Assembly: GCA_016874975.1 (NCBI GenBank)
Contig: VGSQ01000003.1
Span: 1-62,568 of the forward strand
Length of the DNA: 62,568 bases
Direction: 5' to 3'
From: Deltaproteobacteria bacterium
GTDB lineage: Bacteria > Desulfobacterota > Desulfobaccia > Desulfobaccales > 0-14-0-80-60-11
The position numbers and the translations under genes are program-made. Below are positions 10,462-20,183 of the stretch, piece by piece. Positions within the stretch are counted from its first letter, which is position 1; each line of letters starts with the position of its first letter. Below the pieces are notes generated by a model. It had not been told where the DNA came from and did not search any database. It worked only from the letters and a program-made list of their open reading frames with translations.

Positions 10462-10791
10462 TCAATGAAACCGAAATACCCCCGAAAACATGTGGGCCGT
10501 GGCATCAACCAGAAACTGATCCAGGAAGAGCAGCAGGCCGACAACGCCTGCAATTTTTAGCTTCTGGACGGTCAGGCACAACAGCCCTGACACCATGCCG
10601 TAAAAAACGATGGTCCCCGCGATGGCCAGGTGATTCATGTTCTGGTGCACCAGCCAGATTGAGAAGATGACCGCCAGGCCGCAGGCAGCAGCCAAGGCAG
10701 ACGCCAAGCTGCGCCAGTTGACCGGAGCGCGGCGCACACCCAGGAGCACCCCGGCGCCCGCAAGCCACAAGGTCACGGTTGCCAGGCGCAC
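10462..10791 (-). CDS. Small integral membrane protein, unknown function
   Basis: 109-aa ORF (GTG start) with 3-4 hydrophobic helices. The start is uncertain; see rejected note on an upstream 52-codon ORF. Confidence 0.45.
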   Translation of the reverse strand: MRLATVTLWLAGAGVLLGVRRAPVNWRSLASALAAACGLAVIFSIWLVHQNMNHLAIAGTIVFYGMVSGLLCLTVQKLKIAGVVGLLLFLDQFLVDATAHMFSGVFRFH

Positions 10792-11068
10792 CAGGCGCCA
10801 CCACCCATACCCCTGGGATCTGCGACCAAGGTGTAACCCTGCCAGTCTGTCAGGAAGACGAAACCAAGGTAGGCGCCGCAGGTCAGCAGGATCAAGAGCA
10901 ACGCCTTCCGGTGGCTGGGTGAGGTGGTCATGGGCTTATGGGGTGACTTTTTTCCTGAACCCGCAAAGGCTTCAAGAAAGATTCTCTCTTATCGCTCCCG
11001 CATGGTTCTTGCGAACATGCCGTTAAGCCAAGCTGGGCCTGGGCATGTACGGAAATCAGGCCGCCAGT

Positions 11069-11284
11069 TCACCAGCCCAGTTCCCTTTTCAGTTCCTCCC
11101 AGGAGACTTTCTCACCCCGTTCGATTTGCGCCATCCCTTCCTGAATGGCAGCCAGGTCCTCCGGCGAGAAATACTCCTCCTGCCGTTCATACAGAAGATC
11201 AATGAAATCTCGCAGGAGGTCGCCATGAGGTCCCGCGGCAATGGTCCTGACCTTGTGGAACAGTTCATCTGTGGCTTGCCCCAT
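11069..11284 (-). CDS. Small acidic protein, antitoxin-like C-terminus (function unproven)
   Basis: 71 aa, ending SPEDLAAIQEGMAQIERGEKVSWEELKRELGW. No toxin partner is visible. Confidence 0.4.
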   Translation of the reverse strand: MGQATDELFHKVRTIAAGPHGDLLRDFIDLLYERQEEYFSPEDLAAIQEGMAQIERGEKVSWEELKRELGW

Positions 11285-11360
11285 TGATTTCTTCCTCAGT
11301 TATGGAAAGAGGGCTTCGCCGGCCAGGTTCTCCGGCGGGCGGAGACCGCCCTATAGCAAC

Positions 11361-11969
11361 TTAATGCGCCCCCAGGGGCGCCATTTCGGAGATGGCCGTG
11401 TCCTGGTATTTGTCGCCCGGGTAGACCGCCAGGATGGTGACGGTGACGATGTCGCCGGGGCGGAGCCAGACCGTCTTCAGATGGATGAACTGCACGTTCA
11501 TGGAGTCATGCAGGATGGCTTCACATAACGGCTGGTTATTGTAAGAGATCAGGACCCTTTTCACCCGGGAGTTTTCCCGCCAGGTTTTGGGGTTCTTGCA
11601 GTAGCCGTTGATCACATAAAAGCCGCTGAAATTGATTTTCTCACGCTCGCCGAAAAGCGCCGGGGTAAAGGTGTAGGTCACCGTTTCGCCGATGCCGTGG
11701 CCCGGCCGCCCCTCCACCCAGGCGGTGTTGACCAGGCCGTCGTCAATCCTTTTGGCGTCGTAGCGGTTGCGGCCCTGGGGCGGGAGGTGGGACGAAGCCG
11801 TGGTTTCCCAGCCGATGGCGCAGCCCAGGGAACAGGGGGCGTAATCATTGCTGTCCGGGGGCTTGCCCAACTTCGCGGTGACCACCGGCGCCCGGGCGGC
11901 CGCGCCCACGGGACCGGCAACCACCAGAAGAGCCAGGATCGCCGCAGCGAAGGCAAGAGTCTTCATCAT
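11361..11969 (-). CDS. Secreted discoidin/F5-8 type C-like (NADase-type glycan-binding) domain protein
   Basis: Start moved to ATG 11969 (RBS GAAAGGAAGG), giving signal MMKTLAFAAAILALLVVAGPVGA. RIDDGLVNTAWVEGRPGHGIGETVTYTF is typical of this fold. Confidence 0.75.
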   Translation of the reverse strand: MMKTLAFAAAILALLVVAGPVGAAARAPVVTAKLGKPPDSNDYAPCSLGCAIGWETTASSHLPPQGRNRYDAKRIDDGLVNTAWVEGRPGHGIGETVTYTFTPALFGEREKINFSGFYVINGYCKNPKTWRENSRVKRVLISYNNQPLCEAILHDSMNVQFIHLKTVWLRPGDIVTVTILAVYPGDKYQDTAISEMAPLGAH

Positions 11970-12693
11970 CCCTTCCTTTCGGTCCGGCCGGCGCCTCTCG
12001 CTTAGGGTGACCGGAAAAAACGACCTGGCAGGAGCCGCGGGCTTTTTCCAGATCTTCCCCGGCCCCCGCCCCCGGGGTGCCGGGACTTTGGGCCTCGGTG
12101 GTTTGCGGTCCGGCATTTTCAGGGACCAAGGGGGAGGCGCCGGGTGATGCGGCCCGGTTCTGCGCCCTGGCACCGTTGCTCCATCAGGCAGGCGCCGCCT
12201 CCGCTCCGGTTCAGTTCCCCGGGGCCGCCTGCGTCGATATGGGTGAGAGCACTGGCTTCCTCGACGACCGGGTTAATGGTCAAGGGTTATTCAAAGGCTG
12301 TGGATGTAAACAACCGAAGAAATTGGGAGGTGCGCCCGCGTCCGGAAATTTTCCGGTCCTGGTGCTCAACGGCCCGATGTGCGGCGGGACGGCAATTCTC
12401 GAAGCCCCCTTCCCCCAACCGCCCGGCGCCTTAGGGCGGGCCTGAAAAGCAGGGCCTGCAAGACCTTGATCGTTCAACAACGCTCCGACAATTTTAGGAT
12501 AATCCAAAAATATGCCGGCGTAAACATTTATCTTGAGGGTGAGGCATCCCTTACGGTGCGGCCGGGTCTTTGGCGGTAGGGGGCCGACTGCAAGGGCCTG
12601 CCCGAAAGCCCCGATTTCTTGGACCTGAGCGACAGATTCCAACCTTTGCAGGAGCGGCGCTTGAGCCGGAGGCGCGTGCGCCACCGGTCGGCA

Positions 12694-13170
12694 TCATTCC
12701 TCCGGGGGCAGGAGTCGATGTTTGTGCGAATATTGGGGCTGGTCGACCACCAGTTGCCTCCCCTGCCGCTGTTTGAGGTTGATGACCAACGGTCCCATCA
12801 GGTTGGCCGTGATATCCCGGGGCCGCCCCGGAGGAATGGTGAGGATGACCAGGAAGTTGAGCTCCTGCGGGTCTTCCGCCCCCAATTCCCTTTGAACCTC
12901 GGGCGACAGGGTCACATGGTAGCCGGACACCACGGCCGCGGGATCCACCACCACAAAGGCCAGGTCCGGATTATCCAGACATTGCAGCCAGAGGAAGGGG
13001 GATTCCTGATGGTGTTCGATGAGGACGAAGCGGTGCAAATCCGGAAAGCCCAAAAGACCGGGGCTAAACGTGAGGACCTGCTCCGGCCGGACGGTGATGG
13101 TCCCGAAATTGCGGGTGGTTACCGAGAGCCCCGGAGATTCGGACGTTTGCTGTTTGGGATCGGGAGTCAT
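12694..13170 (-). CDS. fliW: Flagellar assembly factor FliW
   Basis: GTITVRPEQVLTFSPGLLGFPDLHRFVLI...PFLWLQCLDNPDLAFVVVDP. ATG 13170 lies 5 nt after the csrA stop. Confidence 0.92.
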   Translation of the reverse strand: MTPDPKQQTSESPGLSVTTRNFGTITVRPEQVLTFSPGLLGFPDLHRFVLIEHHQESPFLWLQCLDNPDLAFVVVDPAAVVSGYHVTLSPEVQRELGAEDPQELNFLVILTIPPGRPRDITANLMGPLVINLKQRQGRQLVVDQPQYSHKHRLLPPEE

Positions 13171-13174
13171 GACG

Positions 13175-13405
13175 TTACTTCTTCCTCCACAGCCGGGCAA
13201 TCTCCTGCACGTCTGATTCCTGGACGCCGGCAGCCTGGAGGTTCTGCTCGCGGATGCGCAGAAAAACTTCTTCCCGCAGAATTACCACCTCTGACGGCGC
13301 CTCGATGCCCAGGCGGATTTGTTTTCCCCGGATTTCCACCACGGTGATGCGAATGTCATCCCCGATGAACAGGCCTTCGCCGGACTTTCTTGTGAGGATC
13401 AGCAA
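13175..13405 (-). CDS. csrA: Carbon storage regulator CsrA (FliW-partner type with C-terminal extension)
   Basis: MLILTRKSGEGLFIGDDIRITVVEIRGKQIRLGIEAP, 76 aa. Confidence 0.95.
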   Translation of the reverse strand: MLILTRKSGEGLFIGDDIRITVVEIRGKQIRLGIEAPSEVVILREEVFLRIREQNLQAAGVQESDVQEIARLWRKK

Positions 13406-13431
13406 TGCTACCTTCCCGGGGCCTGCCTGGC

Positions 13432-14607
13432 TCAGTCAAGATAATCCAGCAGGCTCGTGCCCATGACCTTGGTGGAGGCCAGCAAGGCCCCCTGATAAGC
13501 CACCTCCAGGCTTTTCAGGAGGTTGACCGCCTCCACCAGGTCGGTGTCTCCCTTCTTGCTCAAGGCCGTCACCAGTTGAAATTTCAGGTTGTCGAAGACC
13601 ATCTGGTTCGTTTCCACCTGGTCCAGAGAGGTCCCCAATCCGGCCAGCGTGGAGGTCAAGCGCCCCTGATAGGTTCTCAAGCTTTCCAGGGCGCTCCCCA
13701 CCTCTGCCGCATCGTCGGCCTCCAGGCTGGTTTTCAGGTCGGCCAGCATCCGGAAAAGATCACCGCTTCCTCCCTGACCTCCCAGAACCTGTCCCCCCAC
13801 CTCGCTGACGGCCAGGCGGTTGTTAAACCCCAGGCCGATTTCCAGGATGTGCTCATCCCCCTGGTAGCGTATCGGCTGGTAGACGGAGACGCTGTAGCGG
13901 TCTCCGGCCACCCAGGCGCCGCTGAAGGTGACTTCCACCCCGTCGCTGCCGATGGCCACCGGCCCTGGGGGGATGAGGGCCGGGTCGGTCCAGGTCGTGC
14001 CGCCGTCCTGGGTCACCCGGTAGGTTCCCACGCCCGCCCCGCCGCCGCTGACGATTTCCACCACATAGGTGCGGCCGGCGGTTCCCGTGAAGACGCCCCC
14101 CGAGGCAGCCGCCCCGGTTGAGCCCGGCTGCAGCTTCAGGTTCGGCGGCTGGATCTCCCAGCCGGCCGGGGCAAAGGGCGCCGTGTCGATGCGGTACCCG
14201 CTGAGGATATAATTACCCCGGAAACGGGTATTGCCCAGGCGCACCGCGGCATCGATGAACCCCTGCACCTGTTGGGCCGCAGCCTGGCGCTGCTGGGCGT
14301 TGTAGGTGCCGGTGGCCATCTGGTTGGCCAGGGTCATGGCGGCCCGGACGATTTCCTCCACCTGGCGGAGGGTGGATTCGGTGACGCCCAGCCATTGGCC
14401 CGCAGTTTCCAGATTGCGCTGCCACTGCGTCACCTGCCGCGTTTCACTCTCCAGGCCCAGGATGGCCCCCACTTCCACCGGCTGGTCGGCGATGCTCTGA
14501 TACTTTCTCCCGGAAGAAATGCTTTGATTAACTCTTTGCAATTCTCCTGCCAAACGCTGCAAGTTCCACTCAATATTTTGAAACATGGTGGGAGTGGAGA
14601 CCCTCAT
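13432..14607 (-). CDS. flgL: Flagellar hook-associated protein 3 (hook-filament junction)
   Basis: N-terminal flagellin-like MRVSTPTMFQN..., C-terminal flagellin-like helix. Follows flgK. Confidence 0.9.
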   Translation of the reverse strand: MRVSTPTMFQNIEWNLQRLAGELQRVNQSISSGRKYQSIADQPVEVGAILGLESETRQVTQWQRNLETAGQWLGVTESTLRQVEEIVRAAMTLANQMATGTYNAQQRQAAAQQVQGFIDAAVRLGNTRFRGNYILSGYRIDTAPFAPAGWEIQPPNLKLQPGSTGAAASGGVFTGTAGRTYVVEIVSGGGAGVGTYRVTQDGGTTWTDPALIPPGPVAIGSDGVEVTFSGAWVAGDRYSVSVYQPIRYQGDEHILEIGLGFNNRLAVSEVGGQVLGGQGGSGDLFRMLADLKTSLEADDAAEVGSALESLRTYQGRLTSTLAGLGTSLDQVETNQMVFDNLKFQLVTALSKKGDTDLVEAVNLLKSLEVAYQGALLASTKVMGTSLLDYLD

Positions 14608-14619
14608 GGCCTGTCCTCC

Positions 14620-16338
14620 TCATTGTTTGAGGGTAAGCAAAGTCCGGTACATTTCCTCGGCCACGGTGACCAACCGAGCGGCGGCCTGATAGGCCCGCTG
14701 GAATTTGATCAGGTTGGTCATTTCTTCATCCAGGGAAACGGCGGAGACGCTGTCCCGCAATCGGGTCAGCTGTTCCACCAAATCCTGAAAGAATTGCCGA
14801 TTCCGGCCGGTTTGTTCCGTCTGCAGTCCCAGGTCGGTCACCATCTGCAGGAGGGCCTGGCCGATGGTCCGTCCGTCGGCGGTGACGGCGGCGTCCTCCA
14901 GGTCGGCCAGCAGCAAGGCATTGCGGTTGTCGCCCACGGCATGGGCCCCGGTAAGGGGGTCGATCAGGCCGGCGGCGATGAGGTCGGGGGACTCGGACAC
15001 CCAAGGATTTACCGCCAAAGTATAGGCTTTATCGCCGGTGAAGAAGGTGTTGACACCCAAGCTTGCCAGGAGGTTGCTGGTATCCTGGGCGAAAGCGAAG
15101 GAGTCTGAGGCCAGATTCGCATCTATTTTCAGACGGTTGCCGTCAATGCTGGCGGTTACATAGGGGCCGATGGCAGCATGGGTGTTGATGGCGTTCACCA
15201 GGTCGTTAAGTGTCATAGTTGGCGTCACGTTGATGGTTCCCGAGGCCAGGTGAGCGCCGTCCCGGTCCACGTGAATCTGGAAGCTGCCGGTGGTGATGCG
15301 GTCGCCGAAGGGCAGCCCGGCGGCATTGAGGGGGTCGGCGGCCCCATTGACGGCATAGGCGCCGGTGGCGTCGGAGAAGAAGCGGAGCCCCACCCCCTGG
15401 CTGTGCCGGGCATTGACGGCGAAGATCATGTCTCTGGCCAGGTTGTCCAGCATCTCCTGGTATCGGGGGATGATCTGATCCCGCCCCTGGACCAGCCCGG
15501 CCAGTTTGCCCCCCGATAGCTCCCCGGTAATGTTCTCCTCCACCCCGCCCGGTCCTTTCCAGAGGACGGCCACGGTATCCGCCGGGGTGATGTGGAAATC
15601 CAGTTCAAAGGCCATGATTCCCTGGACCAGGGGCAGGCCGTTGTTCAGGGTGACGTTGACGACTCCGTCCCCGACGGTGTAGCAGCGGACGCCCACCAGC
15701 TGTGAGAGCTGGTGAATGGCTAATTGGCGCTGGTCCCGCAGGTCGTTGGCGGTCTTGCCGTTGGCTTCCGTTTCGGTGATTTCTTGGGTGAGACCGGCGA
15801 TGCGGGCGCTCAGGTCGTTGATCTGGGTCAGGACGGGCCGGATTTGCTGGGTGAGGGCCAGGCGTTCCCGGCTGAGCTGGTCGGCCCGCAGGTTGAAGGC
15901 CTGACAGAGATTCACGGCCTGCTGCAGCAGGGCCTGGCGCTCTCCCGAGCCGGCCGGGTTGTCCGCCAGATCGCCCCAGGCGCCCCAGAAAGACGAGAGG
16001 ATGTCGTTCATCCCCTGATTCTGGGTTTCGTTGAAGAGGCTGGCCAGCCGCTCCAAAACCTCGAGACGGGCTTTTAATTCCGACAGCGTGCAGGTTTTTT
16101 CATCCAGGCGGGCGGTGATGAAGGGGTCGAAGGCGCGTTCAATCCCCCCCACCTGCACGCCCCGGCCCAAGGGACCGAAGTCCGAAACGACGGGATAGGT
16201 GGTTTCCAGTAAGACCCGCTGGCGGCAATAACCCGGGGTGTTGACGTTGCTGACGTTGTTGCTGGAGACCTCCACACCCAACTGCGCGGCCAACAGCGAC
16301 CGGGCGGCGATATCCAGAATGGCGGTAATGCCGGACAT
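14620..16338 (-). CDS. flgK: Flagellar hook-associated protein 1
   Basis: MSGITAILDIAARSLLAAQLGVEVSSNNVSNVNTPGY, C-terminal FQRAYQAAARL. Confidence 0.93.
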   Translation of the reverse strand: MSGITAILDIAARSLLAAQLGVEVSSNNVSNVNTPGYCRQRVLLETTYPVVSDFGPLGRGVQVGGIERAFDPFITARLDEKTCTLSELKARLEVLERLASLFNETQNQGMNDILSSFWGAWGDLADNPAGSGERQALLQQAVNLCQAFNLRADQLSRERLALTQQIRPVLTQINDLSARIAGLTQEITETEANGKTANDLRDQRQLAIHQLSQLVGVRCYTVGDGVVNVTLNNGLPLVQGIMAFELDFHITPADTVAVLWKGPGGVEENITGELSGGKLAGLVQGRDQIIPRYQEMLDNLARDMIFAVNARHSQGVGLRFFSDATGAYAVNGAADPLNAAGLPFGDRITTGSFQIHVDRDGAHLASGTINVTPTMTLNDLVNAINTHAAIGPYVTASIDGNRLKIDANLASDSFAFAQDTSNLLASLGVNTFFTGDKAYTLAVNPWVSESPDLIAAGLIDPLTGAHAVGDNRNALLLADLEDAAVTADGRTIGQALLQMVTDLGLQTEQTGRNRQFFQDLVEQLTRLRDSVSAVSLDEEMTNLIKFQRAYQAAARLVTVAEEMYRTLLTLKQ

Positions 16339-16578
16339 AAGGGCCCCCTGTTAGAAAAGAAGTTGGCGGGGGAGGGGGCCAAGGGTCACAGCCCCTTGCC
16401 CCCTCCCCCACACCCCCTCCCCCCATCCCATATAGCTTGGTTATGGGCCGGGGAAGTCGGAGCCGCAGGCCCTGCCTTCCCCGGCCCCCCATAAAGGGGG
16501 TTGGCAGGGGGGTGTGGGGTTAGCAATTCACAGGCAAGATGCCTGGGACACGGGAGTCCCCGTTCCCCCGGCCTTCCC

Positions 16579-16989
16579 TCAGGCCTGCCGTTCAAAAAGC
16601 ACCGCCCCCGTAGTCCCCGCCACCTGGCCGGAAGGTTGGTAGGTGCCGGCCCCGGGGGGCTGGAATTGTCCCAGGAATTGCTGTATCAACGCCAAGGAGG
16701 CGGCGATGAGGAGGTGGTTGCGGCTATGGGCCTGGGCCACCCGGCGCCGGAGGCCTTGCAGGCGGGCGCGGTCGCCTTCCGGGGAGGCCTCCGTCTCCCC
16801 CGCTTCAGCCAGCCGGTGCAGTTGCGCCAGGATGCCGCTCTTCTCGGCCGCCAGGGAGAGGATGGCCTCCTCCTGTCCCGCCACCAGGGCCTGCCGTTCT
16901 TTCTCCAGGCACTCCAGCAGTTCCTGGTGCAGGCGGATCTGCTTCTGCAGAGCGGTTTCGGCTCCGTGCACCTGTTCCCTTGCCTCCAT
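16579..16989 (-). CDS. flgN: FlgN-family flagellar export chaperone
   Basis: Helical 136 aa (IRLHQELLECLEKERQALV...). ATG 16989 is preceded by GGAGGAGGTG. Lies directly upstream of flgK. Confidence 0.65.
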   Translation of the reverse strand: MEAREQVHGAETALQKQIRLHQELLECLEKERQALVAGQEEAILSLAAEKSGILAQLHRLAEAGETEASPEGDRARLQGLRRRVAQAHSRNHLLIAASLALIQQFLGQFQPPGAGTYQPSGQVAGTTGAVLFERQA

Positions 16990-17317
16990 TCTGCACCTCC
17001 TCCCCCTGGGCCGCGAGACGCGGCGCCAGATCGTCAGCAATCTTGCGCCCCAACCCCAGGCCTCCCGCCGCAGCCAGGGCCCGGGCGAAATGCTGGTCAG
17101 CCAGACTCTGGTATGCCCGGGCGCCCTGTCGTCGGTTGACGCTGTGCACCATGGCCTTCCGCATCTGCTCCAGAAGCTGGCCCAGGAAGAGGGATTCGGC
17201 TTCCACCGCCAGCCTGGGGACCTGGGAGGGCGTCATCTTCCCCAGGTCGTTCAGGTAAGGACTCAGGCCCCCCGCTCCCAGGGGGCCAGAAGCCGGGGCG
17301 CCGGTGTGTGCGGGCAT
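16805..17317 (-). CDS. flgJ: Rod-binding protein (FlgJ N-terminal type, no muramidase domain)
   Basis: AVEAESLFLGQLLEQMRKAM...YQSLADQHFARALAAAGGLGLG is the Rod_binding motif. The ORF has no stop until 16805, so its low-complexity tail overlaps flgN. Confidence 0.7.
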   Translation of the reverse strand: MPAHTGAPASGPLGAGGLSPYLNDLGKMTPSQVPRLAVEAESLFLGQLLEQMRKAMVHSVNRRQGARAYQSLADQHFARALAAAGGLGLGRKIADDLAPRLAAQGEEVQNGGKGTGARSRNRSAEADPPAPGTAGVPGERTAGPGGGTGGGHPLPGGREERHPGATAPAG

Positions 17318-17328
17318 GGTCGGTCTCC

Positions 17329-18462
17329 TCAGATGACTTCCAGTTCGGCTTGCAGCGCCCCCGCGGCTTTGATGGCCTGGAGGATGGAGATGAGGTCCCG
17401 GGGGGTGACGCCGATGGCGTTCAAGGCCTGCACCACCTGGCCGATGCTCACCCCTTCAGGAAGCACCATGAGCCGCTTTTCCCCTTCCTGGACGGTGATG
17501 CTGGTATCGGGCACCACCGTGGTCTGGCCCTGGGAAAAAGGCAGGGGCTGGGAGACCCGGGGCCGTTCCTTCACCGTCACCATGAGGTTGCCGTGGGCGA
17601 TGGCCACGGTGGCGAGGCGGACGTTGGCCCCCATGACCACGGTGCCGTTCTTCTCGTCGATGACCACCTTGGCCACCGCATCAGGGATGACCTCCAGGTT
17701 TTCCAGGGTGGCCAACAGCGGCACGATGCGGTCCTTGTACCCCGGAGGCAGTTTGACGATGATGGTGCCGCCGTCCCGGCTGATGGCATAATTGCCCTTC
17801 AGGAGCCGGTTGATGGCGGCCACCGCCCGCTGGGAGGTGGTGAAGTCGGCGTCGTGGAGGGTGAGGGTGAATTCATCCTTGCCCAGGAGGTCCAGGGGCA
17901 CCTCCTTTTCCACCGTGGCGCCGTTGGCGATGCGGCCGGCGGTGGGATGGTTCTTGGTCACCCCGCCCCCGGCCTGCCCGCTGGCGGCAAAGCCGCCCAC
18001 CGTCAGAGGCCCCTGGGCCAAAGCATAGACCTGGCCGTCCACCCCCTTCAAGGGAGTGAGCAACAAGGTGCCGCCCTGGAGGCTTTTGGCGTCCCCCAGG
18101 GAGGAGACCAGGACGTCGATGCGGGAGCCCACTCGGGCGAAGGCCGGCAACACTGCGGTGACCGCCACCGCGGCGATGTTCTTCACCTTGAGTTTGTCCC
18201 GGAGGGCGCTGACGCCCAGTTGCTGAAGGTAATTGGCCAGTTCCTGGGTGTTGAAGTCCACGTTGGTGCCGTCGCCGGTGCCGTTCAGGCCCACCACCAG
18301 GCCGTTGCCGATGAGCTGGTTGGGCCGCACGCCTTTGAAGGAGGCGATGTCCTTGAGGCGGATGGCCTGGACCGGACCGGCCCCGAGACCGGACAGGATC
18401 ACCAGACCGGTCAGGGCCGTCAGGATGGCTGCGGGTCGGCGGCGTTTGATCCCGGGGGTCAT
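17329..18462 (-). CDS. flgI: Flagellar P-ring protein
   Basis: RLKDIASFKGVRPNQLIGNGLVVGLNGTGD, signal peptide, 377 aa. Confidence 0.96.
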   Translation of the reverse strand: MTPGIKRRRPAAILTALTGLVILSGLGAGPVQAIRLKDIASFKGVRPNQLIGNGLVVGLNGTGDGTNVDFNTQELANYLQQLGVSALRDKLKVKNIAAVAVTAVLPAFARVGSRIDVLVSSLGDAKSLQGGTLLLTPLKGVDGQVYALAQGPLTVGGFAASGQAGGGVTKNHPTAGRIANGATVEKEVPLDLLGKDEFTLTLHDADFTTSQRAVAAINRLLKGNYAISRDGGTIIVKLPPGYKDRIVPLLATLENLEVIPDAVAKVVIDEKNGTVVMGANVRLATVAIAHGNLMVTVKERPRVSQPLPFSQGQTTVVPDTSITVQEGEKRLMVLPEGVSIGQVVQALNAIGVTPRDLISILQAIKAAGALQAELEVI

Positions 18463-18475
18463 GGTTCATCCCCTC

Positions 18476-19171
18476 TTAAAAGGGCCAGAGATGGTCGAAG
18501 AGCCGCACCGCCCAACCCTGGCGCTGCTTGTCCGACACCACGCCCACACCGGAGTAGTCCAGTTTGGCTTCGGCCAGCTTGGTGGAAGGCACCACGTTGT
18601 TGCGGTCGATGTCCTGGGGCCGCACGATGCCGGTCAGGGTGACCACCTCGGTTTCGTTGTTGATGCGCAGGTGCCTCCTGCCCTGGACCACCAGGTGCTG
18701 GTTGGGCAGCACCTGGATCACTCGGGCGCTGAGATAGGTGGTGAAGGTGCTCTGGCGCTCGGTCTTGCCTTCGCCCTTGGAGGTGTTGCCCACCGCCGTT
18801 TCCAGAGCGGTTTCCGTCTGGGCTTCCTGGTCGGTAAAGGACTTCATGGGGAAGCTCAGGCCGAACAGCGAGCCGATGCTCACCTTGACGCCCGAGGTTT
18901 TGCTGGTCTGGGTGGTGGCGATGCCGCTTCCCTTGGCGGACTCGGTGATGCTGATGGTGACCAGGTCGCCCACGTTGGCGGCCCGGTGGTCGGCCACCAG
19001 GCCGTGGGGTTGGCGGGGGCTCCACAGGGAGCCCTCCTCGGGCGGCGCCGTGGGGGGCAGGGGCGCCGCCGCGATGGGCGCCGCCGCCTGGGGACAGGCG
19101 GTCCCCCGGGCGCAGCCGGCGAGGGCCAGAGCCAGGGCCAGCCACAGGAGGGAGACAGTCAGGTTTCTCAT
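18476..19171 (-). CDS. flgH: Flagellar L-ring lipoprotein
   Basis: Lipobox LALALAGC. GDLVTISITE and IVRPQDI motifs. Confidence 0.95.
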   Translation of the reverse strand: MRNLTVSLLWLALALALAGCARGTACPQAAAPIAAAPLPPTAPPEEGSLWSPRQPHGLVADHRAANVGDLVTISITESAKGSGIATTQTSKTSGVKVSIGSLFGLSFPMKSFTDQEAQTETALETAVGNTSKGEGKTERQSTFTTYLSARVIQVLPNQHLVVQGRRHLRINNETEVVTLTGIVRPQDIDRNNVVPSTKLAEAKLDYSGVGVVSDKQRQGWAVRLFDHLWPF

Positions 19172-20166
19172 AGTTTCACCTGCACCGTCTTGGCGTCCAC
19201 CACCTGGGCGGTGAACTCCTTTTTGCTCCTGGGGTTGAGCATGCGGATGGGCCGGCCCAGGTAGCCTTCCTCCCGGGCCAGGCCCTTGGTGGAGATGACC
19301 AGGCCGTCCTGGTCCAGGATCACCGTCACCTCGTCGCCCCGCTTGATTACCGGGGTCCGGCTCAGGTGCCGGCTGGTGATGATCTCCTGGGGGCCCACGG
19401 GCCTGCCCGCGGTTTGGCCCACCACCTGGTCCAGGCTGACGAAGAAGTCATTGGCGCCGGGGTCGCTGATTTCCCGCTTCAGGAGCTGCACGTCCTCCGC
19501 GGCGATGACGTCCCGGGGTTTGAGGGGCCGCGTGGCGCAGACCACCTGCCGCTCCAGGGTCACCTTGCCGCAGACCTTGAGGCGCTTGAGAGGCTGCCCC
19601 CGGCGCAGGATGACCAGCTCCAGAGGCACTTCGCCCAGGAAGCGGCCGCCTTTGGGGGGGAGAAACTCCAGGGTGACCTGGTGGTCGGGCAGGATGACGG
19701 GCTCCTCCAGGGGAAAGACCTGGATGTGCAGGTTGGCCGCCGGCCACTGGCTGCGCTCCTTGACGAAGCGCCGGTAAGCCCCGGCTACCTCCTCCCCGGA
19801 AAGGAGCACCCCGGTCTGCTGCACCTGGATGGCCGCGGGCAGGGCTCCCAGCTCCAGGAGGTCGGCCAGGCCCAACTGGCCCAGGCGGTACTCCAGAAAT
19901 TCCCTGGTCAGGGTGTAGACCTGGCCCGGCGGCGGGGCGCTCCAGACCAGGGCCTGGCCGCACTTCTGCTGCAGGTCGGGGGGCAGCGCGGCCAAGTGGG
20001 CCAGGGTGATGTAGTCGCCGGCCACCTGGGCCTGGGCCCGGAACAGCACCGCCGCAGGGACCGGGTCGGCCGCGGCCGCCCGCACCGGCGCCGGCGCCCC
20101 CGAAATCAGGAGGAGCAGCACCAACCAGAACACGAGCCGCGTATGACGCCTGGCACCTGACAACAT
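19168..20166 (-). CDS. flgA: Flagellar basal-body P-ring formation chaperone FlgA
   Basis: C-terminal SAF/FlgA motif VIKRGDEVTVILDQDGLVISTKGLAREEGYLGRPIRMLNP. ATG 20166 is preceded by GGAGGTG. Overlaps the flgH start by 4 nt. Confidence 0.88.
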   Translation of the reverse strand: MLSGARRHTRLVFWLVLLLLISGAPAPVRAAAADPVPAAVLFRAQAQVAGDYITLAHLAALPPDLQQKCGQALVWSAPPPGQVYTLTREFLEYRLGQLGLADLLELGALPAAIQVQQTGVLLSGEEVAGAYRRFVKERSQWPAANLHIQVFPLEEPVILPDHQVTLEFLPPKGGRFLGEVPLELVILRRGQPLKRLKVCGKVTLERQVVCATRPLKPRDVIAAEDVQLLKREISDPGANDFFVSLDQVVGQTAGRPVGPQEIITSRHLSRTPVIKRGDEVTVILDQDGLVISTKGLAREEGYLGRPIRMLNPRSKKEFTAQVVDAKTVQVKL

Positions 20167-20183
20167 GCTCGTTTCACCTCCTC

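Noticed and set aside
10462-10931. Possible frameshifted membrane-protein gene: a 52-codon ORF from ATG 10931 (MTTSPSHRKALLLILLTCGAYLGFVFL...) upstream of, and in a different frame from, the 109-aa ORF 10462..10791
   Set aside because: I cannot decide from sequence alone between one frameshifted ~155-aa gene and two small genes. No family match is available to anchor an alignment, so only the longer ORF is reported, at low confidence.
12280-12684. 134-aa minus-strand ORF immediately after fliW as a possible flagellin remnant
   Set aside because: It has no similarity to flagellin N- or C-terminal helices, is Pro/Gly/Ala-rich, and has no RBS.
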